Source: Parcubacteria group bacterium Gr01-1014_30 (GTDB lineage Bacteria; Patescibacteriota; Minisyncoccia; Minisyncoccales; 2-12-FULL-40-12). Taken from it: 46,617 nucleotides of DNA. The stretch lies in contig VMFS01000005.1 of assembly GCA_007376185.1 (NCBI GenBank), positions 1 to 46,617 on the forward strand, written 5' to 3'. Both the position numbers and the translations under genes were made by a program. Below, piece by piece: positions 1-10,390 of this stretch (position 1 is the stretch's first letter; every line of letters starts with the position of its first letter). Under the pieces are notes generated by a model, which was not told the DNA's origin, did not search any database, and saw only the letters and a program-made list of their open reading frames with translations.

Positions 1-99
1 AGACGCATTCCCCGCAATGTTCTAGGTCAGAGGGTGTACTTTGTTTCTCCCGAAGATCTTATTTTAAGCAAACTGCTGTGGTATAAAGAAAGCGAGTCA
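1..99 (+). repeat. 99-bp exact direct repeat, copy 1
   Basis: agacgcattc...agcgagtca is identical to 2524-2622; the copies diverge at the next base (g vs a). Confidence 0.97.
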
Positions 100-228
100 G
101 AGCTTCAGTTGCGAGATATTGAGTCTGTTTTGAAATTTCAGAAAAAACTTGACTGGGAGTATCTTAAAAAATGGGCTAAAATACACTCTACATTTAAAAC
201 CTTGGAGAAGTTAAAACGAAATGTTTAG
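1..228 (+). CDS. C-terminal part of a nucleotidyltransferase-like (DUF6036-like) protein, 5'-truncated by the window edge
   Basis: [31 protein letters not shown] is the typical C-terminal helical part of these NTase-fold proteins; nt 1-99 are identical to 2524-2622 inside the NTase ORF at 2194. Confidence 0.75.
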   Translation, partial: RRIPRNVLGQRVYFVSPEDLILSKLLWYKESESELQLRDIESVLKFQKKLDWEYLKKWAKIHSTFKTLEKLKRNV

Positions 229-880
229 TCAAAATCACACCAAGCCGCCTATAAAATCCGTACTTATCGCTATTTTTAGCACAGCCGTTTTGCTTGGCGG
301 CTACTTGGCTCTGGCCGCATGGCAGAGCTGGTGGCCTTTTGAATTACAAAAACAGCAGGCCTGCACGCAGGAAGCTAAAATATGCCCTGATGGTACTGCC
401 GTAGGACGAACCGGCCCAAACTGCGAGTTTGCAGAGTGCCCGCCCGACCCAACCGCTGGCCTTGTCCCGAGCGAAGTCCAAGGGTGGCAAACCTATCGCA
501 ACGAGGAGTATGGGTTTGAGGTGAAGTACCCTGGAAATTGGCTCGTTAGTTTAGGTGATCCTCCGAGTCAATCTTCTCCAGCTTTTGGGCCAGCCGAAAA
601 TTATAGACCTCTAATTTTTATTAGAGCTGGTGCAAGATCATTGGACATGCTTGAGCGATCCTTAGATTCTACTATTTTAGAGAGAAATGAAGTAGTGATT
701 GGTGGCATGAAAGCTGAGGTTGTATTATACCAGCCACACGCACAAAGTTTACCGGAAAAAGACGTATTTTTTAGTAAAGATGGAATTGATTATCTTATTA
801 TAGGCAAAGAAGGCACAGAGGATGAAAAATCTTTAGAAATTTTCGACCAAATCCTCTCCACGTTCAGGTTTTTGGACTAA
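221..880 (+). CDS. Membrane-anchored surface protein, paralog 1 (TM + CTQEAKxCPDG Cys motif + PsbP-like WxTYxNxxYGF..YP domain)
   Basis: N-terminal hydrophobic helix, [43 protein letters not shown]-terminal ILSTFRF. Confidence 0.85.
   Translation: MFSQNHTKPPIKSVLIAIFSTAVLLGGYLALAAWQSWWPFELQKQQACTQEAKICPDGTAVGRTGPNCEFAECPPDPTAGLVPSEVQGWQTYRNEEYGFEVKYPGNWLVSLGDPPSQSSPAFGPAENYRPLIFIRAGARSLDMLERSLDSTILERNEVVIGGMKAEVVLYQPHAQSLPEKDVFFSKDGIDYLIIGKEGTEDEKSLEIFDQILSTFRFLD
461..484 (+). repeat. 24-bp in-frame insertion (LVPSEVQG), half-copy of the TTCGA..CTCA/TGAGC..CGAA short repeat family
   Basis: cttgtcccgagcgaagtccaaggg; removal restores PTAG-WQTY; resembles 7581-7601, 24001-24025 and 25771-25794. 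Confidence 0.6.
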
Positions 881-893
881 ATTATTTAGTTCC

Positions 894-921
894 TTGCATT
901 TATGTGTAATTTAGCTATGAT
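894..921 (+). promoter_or_regulatory. Sigma70-like promoter, probably leaderless transcript of the TA pair
   Basis: TTGCAT-16-TATGAT, ATG 6 nt downstream. Confidence 0.55.
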
Positions 922-927
922 GTAATT

Positions 928-1158
928 ATGACGGTAGCCACTATACCAAAAGAGCTTACTCGAAAAGGCGAGTTGGTAGTAATTCCTCGCAGAGAATACG
1001 AGGATTACTTGCGTTTCAAAATAACTGAAGTGAGGCGTTCAAAAGCTAAAATTGATGCAGGGCTTAGAAAATCGCTGCAAGAACTTCGGCAAGGAAAAGC
1101 AGTGGGTCCCTTCGGCAGCGCAAAAGATCTGATGAAATCTTTGAAATTCGTCCGTTAG
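928..1158 (+). CDS. Putative antitoxin
   Basis: 76 aa, GELVVIPRREYE and ELRQGKAVGPF.SAKDLMKSL motifs, directly upstream of a RelE-like gene. Confidence 0.7.
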   Translation: MTVATIPKELTRKGELVVIPRREYEDYLRFKITEVRRSKAKIDAGLRKSLQELRQGKAVGPFGSAKDLMKSLKFVR

Positions 1159-1161
1159 CTC

Positions 1162-1407
1162 ATGCAAGTTGAATATACTCCTCATTTTAAGAGAAAATTT
1201 GCAAAGTTGTCCGACGTAGTTCAGAGTAAATTTGAAAAGAAAATAACATTACTCTTGCGCAATATCCGCCACCCGTCGTTACACGCTAAAAAATTTGACG
1301 AAGCAGGAGATATTTGGCAGGCGCGCGTGGACGACAACGCGCGTTTTTATTTTAAAATTACAAGAAACACATATTCTCTTCTTGATATTAAGAAACATAA
1401 GGACTAA
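1162..1407 (+). CDS. RelE/ParE-superfamily toxin
   Basis: 81 aa, YTPHFKRKF..L..HPSLHAKK..IWQARVDDNARFYF pattern. Confidence 0.75.
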   Translation: MQVEYTPHFKRKFAKLSDVVQSKFEKKITLLLRNIRHPSLHAKKFDEAGDIWQARVDDNARFYFKITRNTYSLLDIKKHKD

Positions 1408-1410
1408 AAA

Positions 1411-2034
1411 GTGGGTGATTCTCCTCAAAACAAAAGCAATACCTATGTAGTTGTTGGACTCATCATTGCTGCCGTCCTACTCGGCGGATATTTTGCTTTG
1501 GCCGCATGGCAACTCTGGTGGCCGTTTGCAGTACAGCAACAGCAGGCTTGCACTCAGGAAGCTAAACTTTGTCCCGATGGTTCATATGTAGGCCGCACCG
1601 GCCCCAACTGCGAATTCGCCGCCTGTGCAGGAGAAGTTGATGTCTCCAATTGGCAAACCTATCGCAACGAGGAGTATGGAATAGAATTTAAATATCCCAA
1701 AAGCTGGGATGTTAAAGAGTATTTAGGAGAAGGGCAGATAGAGATTTTGGAATATATTCCAGATACACATAATGTAATTTATGTTACTGAAAGCGCTCGC
1801 TCTCTAGAAGAGTGGTTAATAGCTGACGATGAGTGGTCTCTTTATTATGACCCTGAAATGATGACAGACGCAGAGCCATTTCTTATTGGGGGAGAGGAAG
1901 CGCTTTCTGTACAAATTAGCGAACTTGTTCTTCCCATGACTATTATTGGTATCAGAAAAAGCGGACGTCTTTATATTATTGAGAGTAATTCTGGATTAAT
2001 AGATATCCTTTCCACCTTCAGGTTTATTGAATAA
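1411..2034 (+). CDS. Membrane-anchored surface protein, paralog 2
   Basis: Same [25 protein letters not shown] scaffold as 221-880 with an unrelated central region; GTG start. Confidence 0.85.
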   Translation: MGDSPQNKSNTYVVVGLIIAAVLLGGYFALAAWQLWWPFAVQQQQACTQEAKLCPDGSYVGRTGPNCEFAACAGEVDVSNWQTYRNEEYGIEFKYPKSWDVKEYLGEGQIEILEYIPDTHNVIYVTESARSLEEWLIADDEWSLYYDPEMMTDAEPFLIGGEEALSVQISELVLPMTIIGIRKSGRLYIIESNSGLIDILSTFRFIE

Positions 2035-2039
2035 TTTTT

Positions 2040-2237
2040 ATGCAGAGAGTTTCAAAAGCAAAAGTTAGGGCAAAGTTTCTGGAAAGGAAATCCGCACAGG
2101 ATATTCAGGACGAAATTTTTAGGAGCATGTCGGCCGGCAAGAAAATTAAACTTACATCCGATTTTTCAATGTTTTTATTAAAACAAAATCAAAATGGATT
2201 TCGAAGACTTAATCACAAAAATAGCCGCAATACTTGA
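2040..2237 (+). CDS. Small protein partnered with the nucleotidyltransferase (TA-like pair)
   Basis: 65 aa, AQDIQDEIFRSMSAGKKIKL motif, overlaps the NTase start. Confidence 0.6.
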   Translation: MQRVSKAKVRAKFLERKSAQDIQDEIFRSMSAGKKIKLTSDFSMFLLKQNQNGFRRLNHKNSRNT

Positions 2238-3252
2238 CAAATTGTCGATTCCGTACGCCATTACCGGTGGCTACGCAGTTTCTGTATGGGGACGCCTTAG
2301 GGCAACTTTTGATATAGATGTTATCGTTGAACTCTCAGTAGTCAAAGGAGGTGAGTTAACACAGGCGCTCAAAGCGCTCTCTAAATCTGGCTATATTGAT
2401 GAGCTGATGGTGACGGACGCTGTTGAAAGTAAGGGAGAATTCAATTTTATCCATACCGAGTCCGGCATAAAAGTGGACTTTTGGGTGATGGAGCAAGATG
2501 GTTACGGCAGAGAAAAGTTAGCAAGACGCATTCCCCGCAATGTTCTAGGTCAGAGGGTGTACTTTGTTTCTCCCGAAGATCTTATTTTAAGCAAACTGCT
2601 GTGGTATAAAGAAAGCGAGTCAAATCTTTTTCAAAACCAACCTCGCGAGGAACCACCGACTAAGCCAGATTTCGTAGATGATTCCAGGCGGTCACTAAAG
2701 CTGCCACTCGCTATTATTTTAATCGTCGCCGCTTTGCTGACTAGCTACTTTGCTTTGGCCGCATGGCAAATCTGGTGGCCGTTTGAAGCACAAAAACAGC
2801 AGGCATGCACTCAAGAAGCAAAACTCTGTCCCGACGGTTCATATGTCGGCCGCACCGGGCCAAATTGTGAATTCGCCGAGTGCCCGGACTTTGTGGAAGA
2901 TATAATTTTTGGCCTCGAAGCAGAGGAGTTTTGCGGCCCTGAACCGCCGGCAGAATGTGGGCTTGGAACGCGGCTCGGTTGCAGAGTTGCTGACAAAAAA
3001 TGGGATTGCTACGATAATATACCAACTAGTCAGCCCATAGTAACTTTTGAACAATGCGTCGCAGCTGGAAATCCAGTGATGGAAAGTTTTCCGGAACAAT
3101 GTCGGGATAAAAGCGGAGCACTGTTTGTGAATTGGCAAGGAGCCGGCCAGTTTTGTATACAGATTATAGCCCCTGCTAGAAATCCGGCAACAGGCGAAGT
3201 CAGAGAATTTCCTACGCCCTGCGACGTGCCCGAGGGCTGGAAACAAATTTAG
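2194..3252 (+). CDS. Chimeric ORF: nucleotidyltransferase N-terminal 143 aa fused to membrane surface protein paralog 3
   Basis: YAITGGYAVSVWG..RATFDIDV NTase motif up to 2622, then TM helix, CTQEAKLCPDG, FEQCVAAGNPVMESFPEQC and FPTPCDVPEGW Cys modules. Confidence 0.75.
   Translation: MDFEDLITKIAAILDKLSIPYAITGGYAVSVWGRLRATFDIDVIVELSVVKGGELTQALKALSKSGYIDELMVTDAVESKGEFNFIHTESGIKVDFWVMEQDGYGREKLARRIPRNVLGQRVYFVSPEDLILSKLLWYKESESNLFQNQPREEPPTKPDFVDDSRRSLKLPLAIILIVAALLTSYFALAAWQIWWPFEAQKQQACTQEAKLCPDGSYVGRTGPNCEFAECPDFVEDIIFGLEAEEFCGPEPPAECGLGTRLGCRVADKKWDCYDNIPTSQPIVTFEQCVAAGNPVMESFPEQCRDKSGALFVNWQGAGQFCIQIIAPARNPATGEVREFPTPCDVPEGWKQI
2524..2622 (+). repeat. 99-bp exact direct repeat, copy 2 (ends at the fusion junction)
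   Basis: Identical to 1-99. Confidence 0.97.
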
Positions 3253-4520
3253 TGAATAGTTTTGCGGTGAAGTTTGCGGTAATAGCCGATGGCAAAGCGG
3301 TGGGCTTCTGCGTCAACTCGGAGTAAAAGATTGCGCAGTTCGGGCACTAACTCTGAGAGCTTAATTGGCTCTTTTTTATTGCTTTCGTATATTTTTACTC
3401 CTTTGTGACGGCTGTCTTTGGTCAGCGCGATGACATTAGTTTTTAGTTTGTAGTTTTTAGTTGTTAGTAAGGCGGCGTTGAGTTGCGCTTTACCTCCGTC
3501 AACAACTATCAAGCCGGGCAGAGGCCATTCTTTGTGGCGGAAGCGGCGCGTCAATACCTCTTTTAACATAGCTATGTCGTTGGGTTTTTTGTGCCAGCGA
3601 ATTTTAAACTTTCTGTATTCTTGTTTGTCGGAGCGGCCCTCTGTGAAAACAACCATGGCGCCTGTCGCAAACTTTCCTTGAATGTTAGAGACGTCGTAAC
3701 CTTCTATTCTGCGCCACTTCCTCGGCGGCGTAGCCGCTGCCGCTGCAGCTTGGTCTAACACTTTCGCGTTAGACATTACTTTTTCAAGAGAAACAATTCG
3801 GTCTCTTAACAGAGCCGCTTTTTCAAAGTCATGTTTTTTGCCGGCTTTTAACATCTCTTTTTCTAAGCGCAGGAGAACAGTTCTCCTTTGCCCTTTTAAT
3901 ACTTTGATTAGGTTTTTTATGTTTGCCTGATAACTTTTGGGGTCGGGGTTTGGCCCAGGGCAAAGGTTCAGATGGCACCAGGGGCATTTTGTCGCGGGGT
4001 GCTTTCGGGCCATATAGTACGGAAAAACTTTTCTTAGATATTTCAAAGTTTGCTTCAAAGCCCTTCCGTCCACAAACGGCCCAACGTAATTAGTTTTTAG
4101 TTTGTAGTTGGTAGTTTTTAGTTTCGTTTGGTGCGTTATAAGCATGCGGGGCAATTTTTCTTTGGTAACGGCTACGTAAAAGTAGTTCTTGTCGTCGCGC
4201 CATAAAATGTTGTATTTGGGCTTGTGCTTTTTTATTAACTTTGCTTCAAGAAGCAGGGCCTCAATTTCAGAGCCGGTCTCAAGATAGCTAACCTTCTTGG
4301 TTTGTTTAAGACGCTCTCGGTGCTGTTTGACTCTTTCACGCAGGTTGGCCGCTTTGCCGATGTATAAAACCTCTTTGCCCTTTTTGAAGATGTAAACCCC
4401 GGGGCCCTTTGGCAGCCTGCTCACTTGACCCCGTAATACAACTTCCGGCGCGTTCTTTTCAAGAACGCGAAGTCGCCGTAGGCGACCGGAAGATGATATA
4501 CGGGGTTGAGATATTTTCAA
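3249..4520 (-). CDS. uvrC: Excinuclease ABC subunit C, compact form lacking the C-terminal HhH domain; start uncertain (TTG 4520 or GTG 4424)
   Basis: LPKGPGVYIF..YIGKA.NLRERV GIY-YIG domain, FEKAALLRD UVR motif, RIEGYDVSN / PGLIVVDGGKAQ / DAEAHRFAI RNase H-like domain. Confidence 0.92.
   Translation of the reverse strand: MKISQPRISSSGRLRRLRVLEKNAPEVVLRGQVSRLPKGPGVYIFKKGKEVLYIGKAANLRERVKQHRERLKQTKKVSYLETGSEIEALLLEAKLIKKHKPKYNILWRDDKNYFYVAVTKEKLPRMLITHQTKLKTTNYKLKTNYVGPFVDGRALKQTLKYLRKVFPYYMARKHPATKCPWCHLNLCPGPNPDPKSYQANIKNLIKVLKGQRRTVLLRLEKEMLKAGKKHDFEKAALLRDRIVSLEKVMSNAKVLDQAAAAAATPPRKWRRIEGYDVSNIQGKFATGAMVVFTEGRSDKQEYRKFKIRWHKKPNDIAMLKEVLTRRFRHKEWPLPGLIVVDGGKAQLNAALLTTKNYKLKTNVIALTKDSRHKGVKIYESNKKEPIKLSELVPELRNLLLRVDAEAHRFAIGYYRKLHRKTIH
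3436..3468 (-). repeat. ACTA(A/C)(A/C)A heptamer tract in-frame in uvrC (TTKNYKLKTN)
   Basis: + strand ttagtttttagtttgtagtttttagttgttagt. Confidence 0.8.
4090..4124 (-). repeat. ACTA(A/C)(A/C)A heptamer tract in-frame in uvrC (KLKTTNYKLKTN)
   Basis: + strand ttagtttttagtttgtagttggtagtttttagttt. Confidence 0.8.
4429..4505. mobile_element. 77-bp miniature inverted-repeat element (CCCCGT...ACGGGG) with TTGA direct repeats
   Basis: About 20-bp imperfect terminal IR, two inner hairpins (cgcgttctt/aagaacgcg; gtcgcc/ggcgac), TTGA at 4425-4428 and 4506-4509. Confidence 0.8.
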
Positions 4521-4534
4521 CTTTTGTGTATAAT
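4506..4534 (+). promoter_or_regulatory. uvrA promoter (likely leaderless)
   Basis: TTGAGA-17-TATAAT, ATG 8 nt downstream. Confidence 0.65.
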
Positions 4535-4542
4535 TAGCGACC

Positions 4543-7479
4543 ATGACGATAGGCAATTATATCAAAATTCGTGGAGCCAGGACACACAATTTAAAAAACG
4601 TGAACGTTGACATACCAAAGAATAAACTGGTGGTGATTACCGGCATTTCGGGTTCGGGAAAATCATCTCTTGCCTTTGACACGCTTTACGCCGAAGGCCA
4701 AAGAAGATATGTGGAGTCCTTGTCCGCTTACGCAAGGCAATTCTTGGGCGTGATGGAAAAACCCGACGCCGACTCAATTGAAGGCATAAGCCCTGCCATT
4801 TCAATTGACCAAAGAAAGGCCTCGCACAACCCCCGCTCTACCGTCGGCACTATCACCGAAATCTACGATTATTTGCGACTTCTTTTTGCCAGAGCTGGCG
4901 TTCCTCACTGCCCCAAGTGTAAAAAAAAGGTTTGGCGGCAAACAATTGACCAAATTGTGGAGCAGGTTTTGAAACTTCCCAGAAAAACTGAGATTTTAAT
5001 TTTGGGCCCGGTGGTTTCGGGCAAAAAAGGCGAACACCAAGGCGTGGTGGAAGAAATCAAGAGAGCCGGCTTTGCCAGGGTTAGAGTAAACGGAATAACT
5101 TACCGTACAGAAGAAGCCCTTGGCACAAAGTTGGACCGTAATAAAAAGCACAACATTGAAGTGGTGGTGGACAGATTAGTCCTTGATAAAGATTTGGATA
5201 GGACGAGGTTAGTGGACTCTTTGGAAACGGCTTTGAAGCTGGGCAAAGGAACGGTTAGCGTTAATCGTTTAGCGCAGCCCGTATCGTCTAACGTTAGACG
5301 TAAGACGGCAAACGAAACGGGTAGCGATAAACGACAAACGACCAACGATTTACTGTTTTCAGAACATTTTGCTTGCGAGGAGTGTGAAATTTCTTTGCCG
5401 GAGTTGGAACCGCGCCTTTTTTCTTTTAACAGCCCTTTTGGCGCTTGTTCTCCCTGCCAGGGCCTTGGCGAGAAACTTGAGGTTGACCCAAAATTGGTTT
5501 TGCCAAACCCTAACCTGTCAATTGCCGAGGGCGCCATTTTCCCTTGGGCAAGGGCTTCGCACAAAGTTGGGCGCCAGGGGTTTTTTTGGTGGCAGCTGCA
5601 AGAGCTGTCGGAAAAGGAAAAAATTGATTTGAACTCACCGGTTAAAAACTTGCCCGAAGACAAAGTTGATTTAATTCTGGAACTTGTCGTTTCTTCTTTG
5701 GAAAGGCGATACCGCGAAACGGACTCAGAATATACAAGAGAGGAAATTGAGCAGTATATGGTGGAGAAAAAATGCGACAAGTGCAAAGGTAGAAGATTGA
5801 AGCCAGAGGCCTTGGCCGTAACCGTGGCCGGTAAATCAATAGACGAAATCGTTGAAACGCAAGTTGATAGAGCTAAAGAATTCTTTGAAAACCTACTAAA
5901 CCCTAAACCCAGCCCTTTCTGGAAAGAGCGGGGTAAACCCTATACCCTAAACCCTCAAGTGCGCAAGATTGTTCAGCCCATCGTTAAAGAAATCGTTAAT
6001 CGCTTGCAATTTTTGGTTGACGTCGGCCTTGAATATTTAACTATGGACAGGAAAGCTCAAACTTTGGCAGGCGGAGAGGAGCAAAGAATAAGGTTAGCCA
6101 CTCAGCTTGGTTCAAAACTGACCGGTGTTTTGTATATTCTTGATGAACCATCGGTTGGCCTTCACGCCAGAGACCAAGGGCGACTTATCGCGACCTTAAA
6201 GGAGCTGAGGGATTTGGGTAACACCGTTGTGGCTGTTGAACACGATTCCCAAACCGTGCACGCTTCTGACTGGGTGGTGGATATTGGGCCCGGAGCTGGG
6301 AAACACGGCGGCAAAGTAGTTTTTGAGGGAACGCCCAGGGCGCTGTTAAAGGCCAATACGTTGACCGGGAAGTACTTATCAGGGAGGTTAGCGGTTAGCG
6401 TTAATCGTTTAGCGCAGCCCGTATCGTCTAACGTTAGACGTAAGACGGCAAACGAAACGGGCATCGCTACCGATAAACGAAAGACGAATTACTTAATTAT
6501 AAAAGGTGCTAAAGAGCACAACCTTAAAAACATTGACGTTAAGATACCACTGGGGAAGTTCGTGTGTATCACCGGCGTTTCGGGCTCGGGTAAAAGTTCT
6601 TTGATGCAAGACATTTTGGCCAAGGCCTTAATGAAAAAGTTTTACAGGGCAAAAGAAGAGCCGGGGCTACACGAGAAAATTTTGGGAACAGAACATTTGG
6701 ATAAAGCTGTCGTGGTTACCCAAGAACCTATTGGCAGAACCCCAAGAAGCAACCCAGCCACTTACACCGGCGCCTTTACATATATAAGGGATATTTTTTC
6801 CTCGACGAGAGAAGCCCGCGTGCGCGGATACAGACCAGGCCGTTTTTCTTTCAACGTTAAGGGCGGCAGGTGCGAGGCGTGCGAGGGCCAAGGCGTAAAA
6901 AAAATTGAGATGTACTTTTTGCCAGACGTCTATGTTGAGTGTCAGGAATGCAAAGGAAAAAGATTTAACAAAGAAACTTTGGCGGTGGAGTATAAAGGGA
7001 AAAACATAGCCGACGTTTTATCAATGACCGTGGAAGAGGCCTTGGAGTTTTTCAAAAACATACCGGCTCTCCATGCAAAGTTGAAAACGCTCAACGACGT
7101 TGGTTTGGGTTACATTGAAGTGGGCCAGCCGGCGCCCTCTTTGTCGGGAGGGGAGGCGCAAAGAGTAAAACTGGCAACGGAACTGGCAAGAAAGGCGACT
7201 GGCAGGAGTTTGTATATTCTGGATGAACCCACAACTGGGCTTCACTTGGACGACATTAAAAAATTGATTTTCGTTTTACGCGGCCTTGTTGATAAAGGCA
7301 ACACGGTGCTTTCGACCGAACACCAGATAGATTTTATTCGCGCTTCTGACTGGGTAATAGATTTGGGTCCGGAAGGCGGGGACAAGGGCGGCAGAATCGT
7401 GACCGAAGGCCCGCCTTCAGAAATCGCCAAAAACAAAAAAAGCTATACCAGTAGATATCTAAGATCGGGAAGGGCTTGA
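4543..7479 (+). CDS. uvrA: Excinuclease ABC subunit A
   Basis: GARTHNLKN, two [10 protein letters not shown] Walker A motifs, Zn fingers, L(A/S)GGExQR signatures, LYILDEP. Confidence 0.99.
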   Translation: MTIGNYIKIRGARTHNLKNVNVDIPKNKLVVITGISGSGKSSLAFDTLYAEGQRRYVESLSAYARQFLGVMEKPDADSIEGISPAISIDQRKASHNPRSTVGTITEIYDYLRLLFARAGVPHCPKCKKKVWRQTIDQIVEQVLKLPRKTEILILGPVVSGKKGEHQGVVEEIKRAGFARVRVNGITYRTEEALGTKLDRNKKHNIEVVVDRLVLDKDLDRTRLVDSLETALKLGKGTVSVNRLAQPVSSNVRRKTANETGSDKRQTTNDLLFSEHFACEECEISLPELEPRLFSFNSPFGACSPCQGLGEKLEVDPKLVLPNPNLSIAEGAIFPWARASHKVGRQGFFWWQLQELSEKEKIDLNSPVKNLPEDKVDLILELVVSSLERRYRETDSEYTREEIEQYMVEKKCDKCKGRRLKPEALAVTVAGKSIDEIVETQVDRAKEFFENLLNPKPSPFWKERGKPYTLNPQVRKIVQPIVKEIVNRLQFLVDVGLEYLTMDRKAQTLAGGEEQRIRLATQLGSKLTGVLYILDEPSVGLHARDQGRLIATLKELRDLGNTVVAVEHDSQTVHASDWVVDIGPGAGKHGGKVVFEGTPRALLKANTLTGKYLSGRLAVSVNRLAQPVSSNVRRKTANETGIATDKRKTNYLIIKGAKEHNLKNIDVKIPLGKFVCITGVSGSGKSSLMQDILAKALMKKFYRAKEEPGLHEKILGTEHLDKAVVVTQEPIGRTPRSNPATYTGAFTYIRDIFSSTREARVRGYRPGRFSFNVKGGRCEACEGQGVKKIEMYFLPDVYVECQECKGKRFNKETLAVEYKGKNIADVLSMTVEEALEFFKNIPALHAKLKTLNDVGLGYIEVGQPAPSLSGGEAQRVKLATELARKATGRSLYILDEPTTGLHLDDIKKLIFVLRGLVDKGNTVLSTEHQIDFIRASDWVIDLGPEGGDKGGRIVTEGPPSEIAKNKKSYTSRYLRSGRA
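5252..5321 (+). repeat. 70-bp palindromic in-frame insertion in uvrA, copy 1
   Basis: Identical to 6392-6461; contains the perfect 16-bp palindrome cgtctaacgttagacg. Confidence 0.95.
5896..5955 (+). repeat. CCCTAAA heptamer tract in uvrA with a nested 26-bp hairpin element (5908-5933) flanked by TAAA repeats
   Basis: ctaaaccc-TAAA-cccagccctttctggaaagagcgggg-TAAA-ccctataccctaaaccct. Confidence 0.8.
6392..6461 (+). repeat. 70-bp palindromic in-frame insertion in uvrA, copy 2
   Basis: Identical to 5252-5321, same reading frame ([23 protein letters not shown]). Confidence 0.95.
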
Positions 7480-7504
7480 CAATGTTTTTTGGTTGTAATA
7501 ATAT
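7476..7504 (+). promoter_or_regulatory. groESL sigma70-like promoter
   Basis: TTGACA-17-TAATAT upstream of CIRCE. Confidence 0.6.
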
Positions 7505-7517
7505 CCAAAGGTAGTAA

Positions 7518-7620
7518 TTAGCACTCAACCCGTTCGATTGCTACTCAGGGCTTCGGCCGTGAGCGGCTCAGCCGAACGGTTGTCCTGAGCAAGCCGAAGG
7601 ACAAAGGTCTTAATTGCTAA
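7518..7620 (+). promoter_or_regulatory. CIRCE (HrcA operator) interrupted by a 73-bp insertion
   Basis: Perfect left arm TTAGCACTC at 7518-7526; candidate right arms GATTGCTAC (7536-7544) and AATTGCTAA (7612-7620); position upstream of groES. Confidence 0.75.
7529..7601. mobile_element. 73-bp palindromic element (TTCGA..CTCAGG/CCTGAGC..CGAAGG family) with CAA direct repeats
   Basis: ctcagg/cctgag and ttcggc/gccgaa arms; CAA at 7526-7528 and 7602-7604. Confidence 0.7.
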
Positions 7621-7631
7621 TACATAAAACT

Positions 7632-9574
<1,943 letters not shown>

Positions 9575-9607
9575 AAATAGGCCTTAGCCCTATAGACTTT
9601 GGTTATC

Positions 9608-9639
9608 CCTGCCCTTGGGCATAGGGGGCGGGTTTTTTT
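9608..9639 (+). terminator. Probable intrinsic terminator after groEL
   Basis: GC-rich hairpin cctgccc..gggcggg followed by T7. Confidence 0.55.
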
Positions 9640-9673
9640 GTTATTTGTGAAATCTTGGGTATAATATATATTA

Positions 9674-10390
9674 ATGTTAGCCAAGGATAAGGAAAAGCCA
9701 AAGTTGGCCGAAGTTGTTTCCATTACCGCTCATTATTTGAGAAACCCCCTAACCATTATTAGGACTTATCTTGAGGCGTTGATTTTCGAGGATTTGGGTA
9801 AAATCAATCAAAAACAAAAAGAATATCTTTTGGATGCTTTGGAGAATGTTAAGAGGATGAAAGAAACAGTTAATCAGTTTTTGGACATCTTTCTGGTTGA
9901 GGAAAAAAGATATAAAATGATATTAGAGCCCGCTGTCTTGGGAGATTTAACTGACGAAGTAATCGGGGATTTTTCACTTTTGACCAAAGCCTCTAATTGT
10001 GAAGTTTTTTTTAGAAAACCAAAAAATCTGCCCAAAGTCTTAACTAATCAACTGAAAATTCGTCAAGTGATTGAGAATTTGATCTCCAACGCCTTAAAGT
10101 ATAAAAGGATAGGCCGTGGTAAAATAGAAATAGCTTTGGTTAAATCAGGCAAAAACATTGTATTTTCTTGTAAAGACGACGGCATAGGAATTCCCCACAA
10201 GGATTTTAAGAAAGTATTTACTAAATTTTATAGATCAGAACAGGCCATAGAGTCAGATCCTTCGGGTGCCGGCTTAGGTCTTTATATCAACAAGGCTATT
10301 ATTGAGTTAAGCGGCGGTAAAATTTGGTTTAAAAAAAATAAAGATTTTGGCATGACTTTTTACTTCAGATTACCTATCGCTCAAGTATGA
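9674..10390 (+). CDS. Sensor-less histidine kinase (HisKA + HATPase_c)
   Basis: AHYLRNPLT H-box, NLISNALKY N-box, DDGIGI, FTKFYRS, GAGLGL. Confidence 0.9.
   Translation: MLAKDKEKPKLAEVVSITAHYLRNPLTIIRTYLEALIFEDLGKINQKQKEYLLDALENVKRMKETVNQFLDIFLVEEKRYKMILEPAVLGDLTDEVIGDFSLLTKASNCEVFFRKPKNLPKVLTNQLKIRQVIENLISNALKYKRIGRGKIEIALVKSGKNIVFSCKDDGIGIPHKDFKKVFTKFYRSEQAIESDPSGAGLGLYINKAIIELSGGKIWFKKNKDFGMTFYFRLPIAQV

Noticed and set aside
457-488. TGGC as a target-site duplication around the 24-bp insert
   Set aside because: Removing the insert plus one TGGC (28 nt) breaks the frame, whereas removing 24 nt restores TAG-WQTY; the repeat is probably coincidental.
221-3252. Diversity-generating retroelement (TR/VR pair) in the paralog array
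   Set aside because: Differences between paralogous blocks are mostly synonymous and not adenine-specific, and there is no reverse transcriptase in the window.
5896-5955. Plant telomere (TTTAGGG) contamination
   Set aside because: Only about four degenerate units, embedded in-frame in an intact bacterial uvrA.
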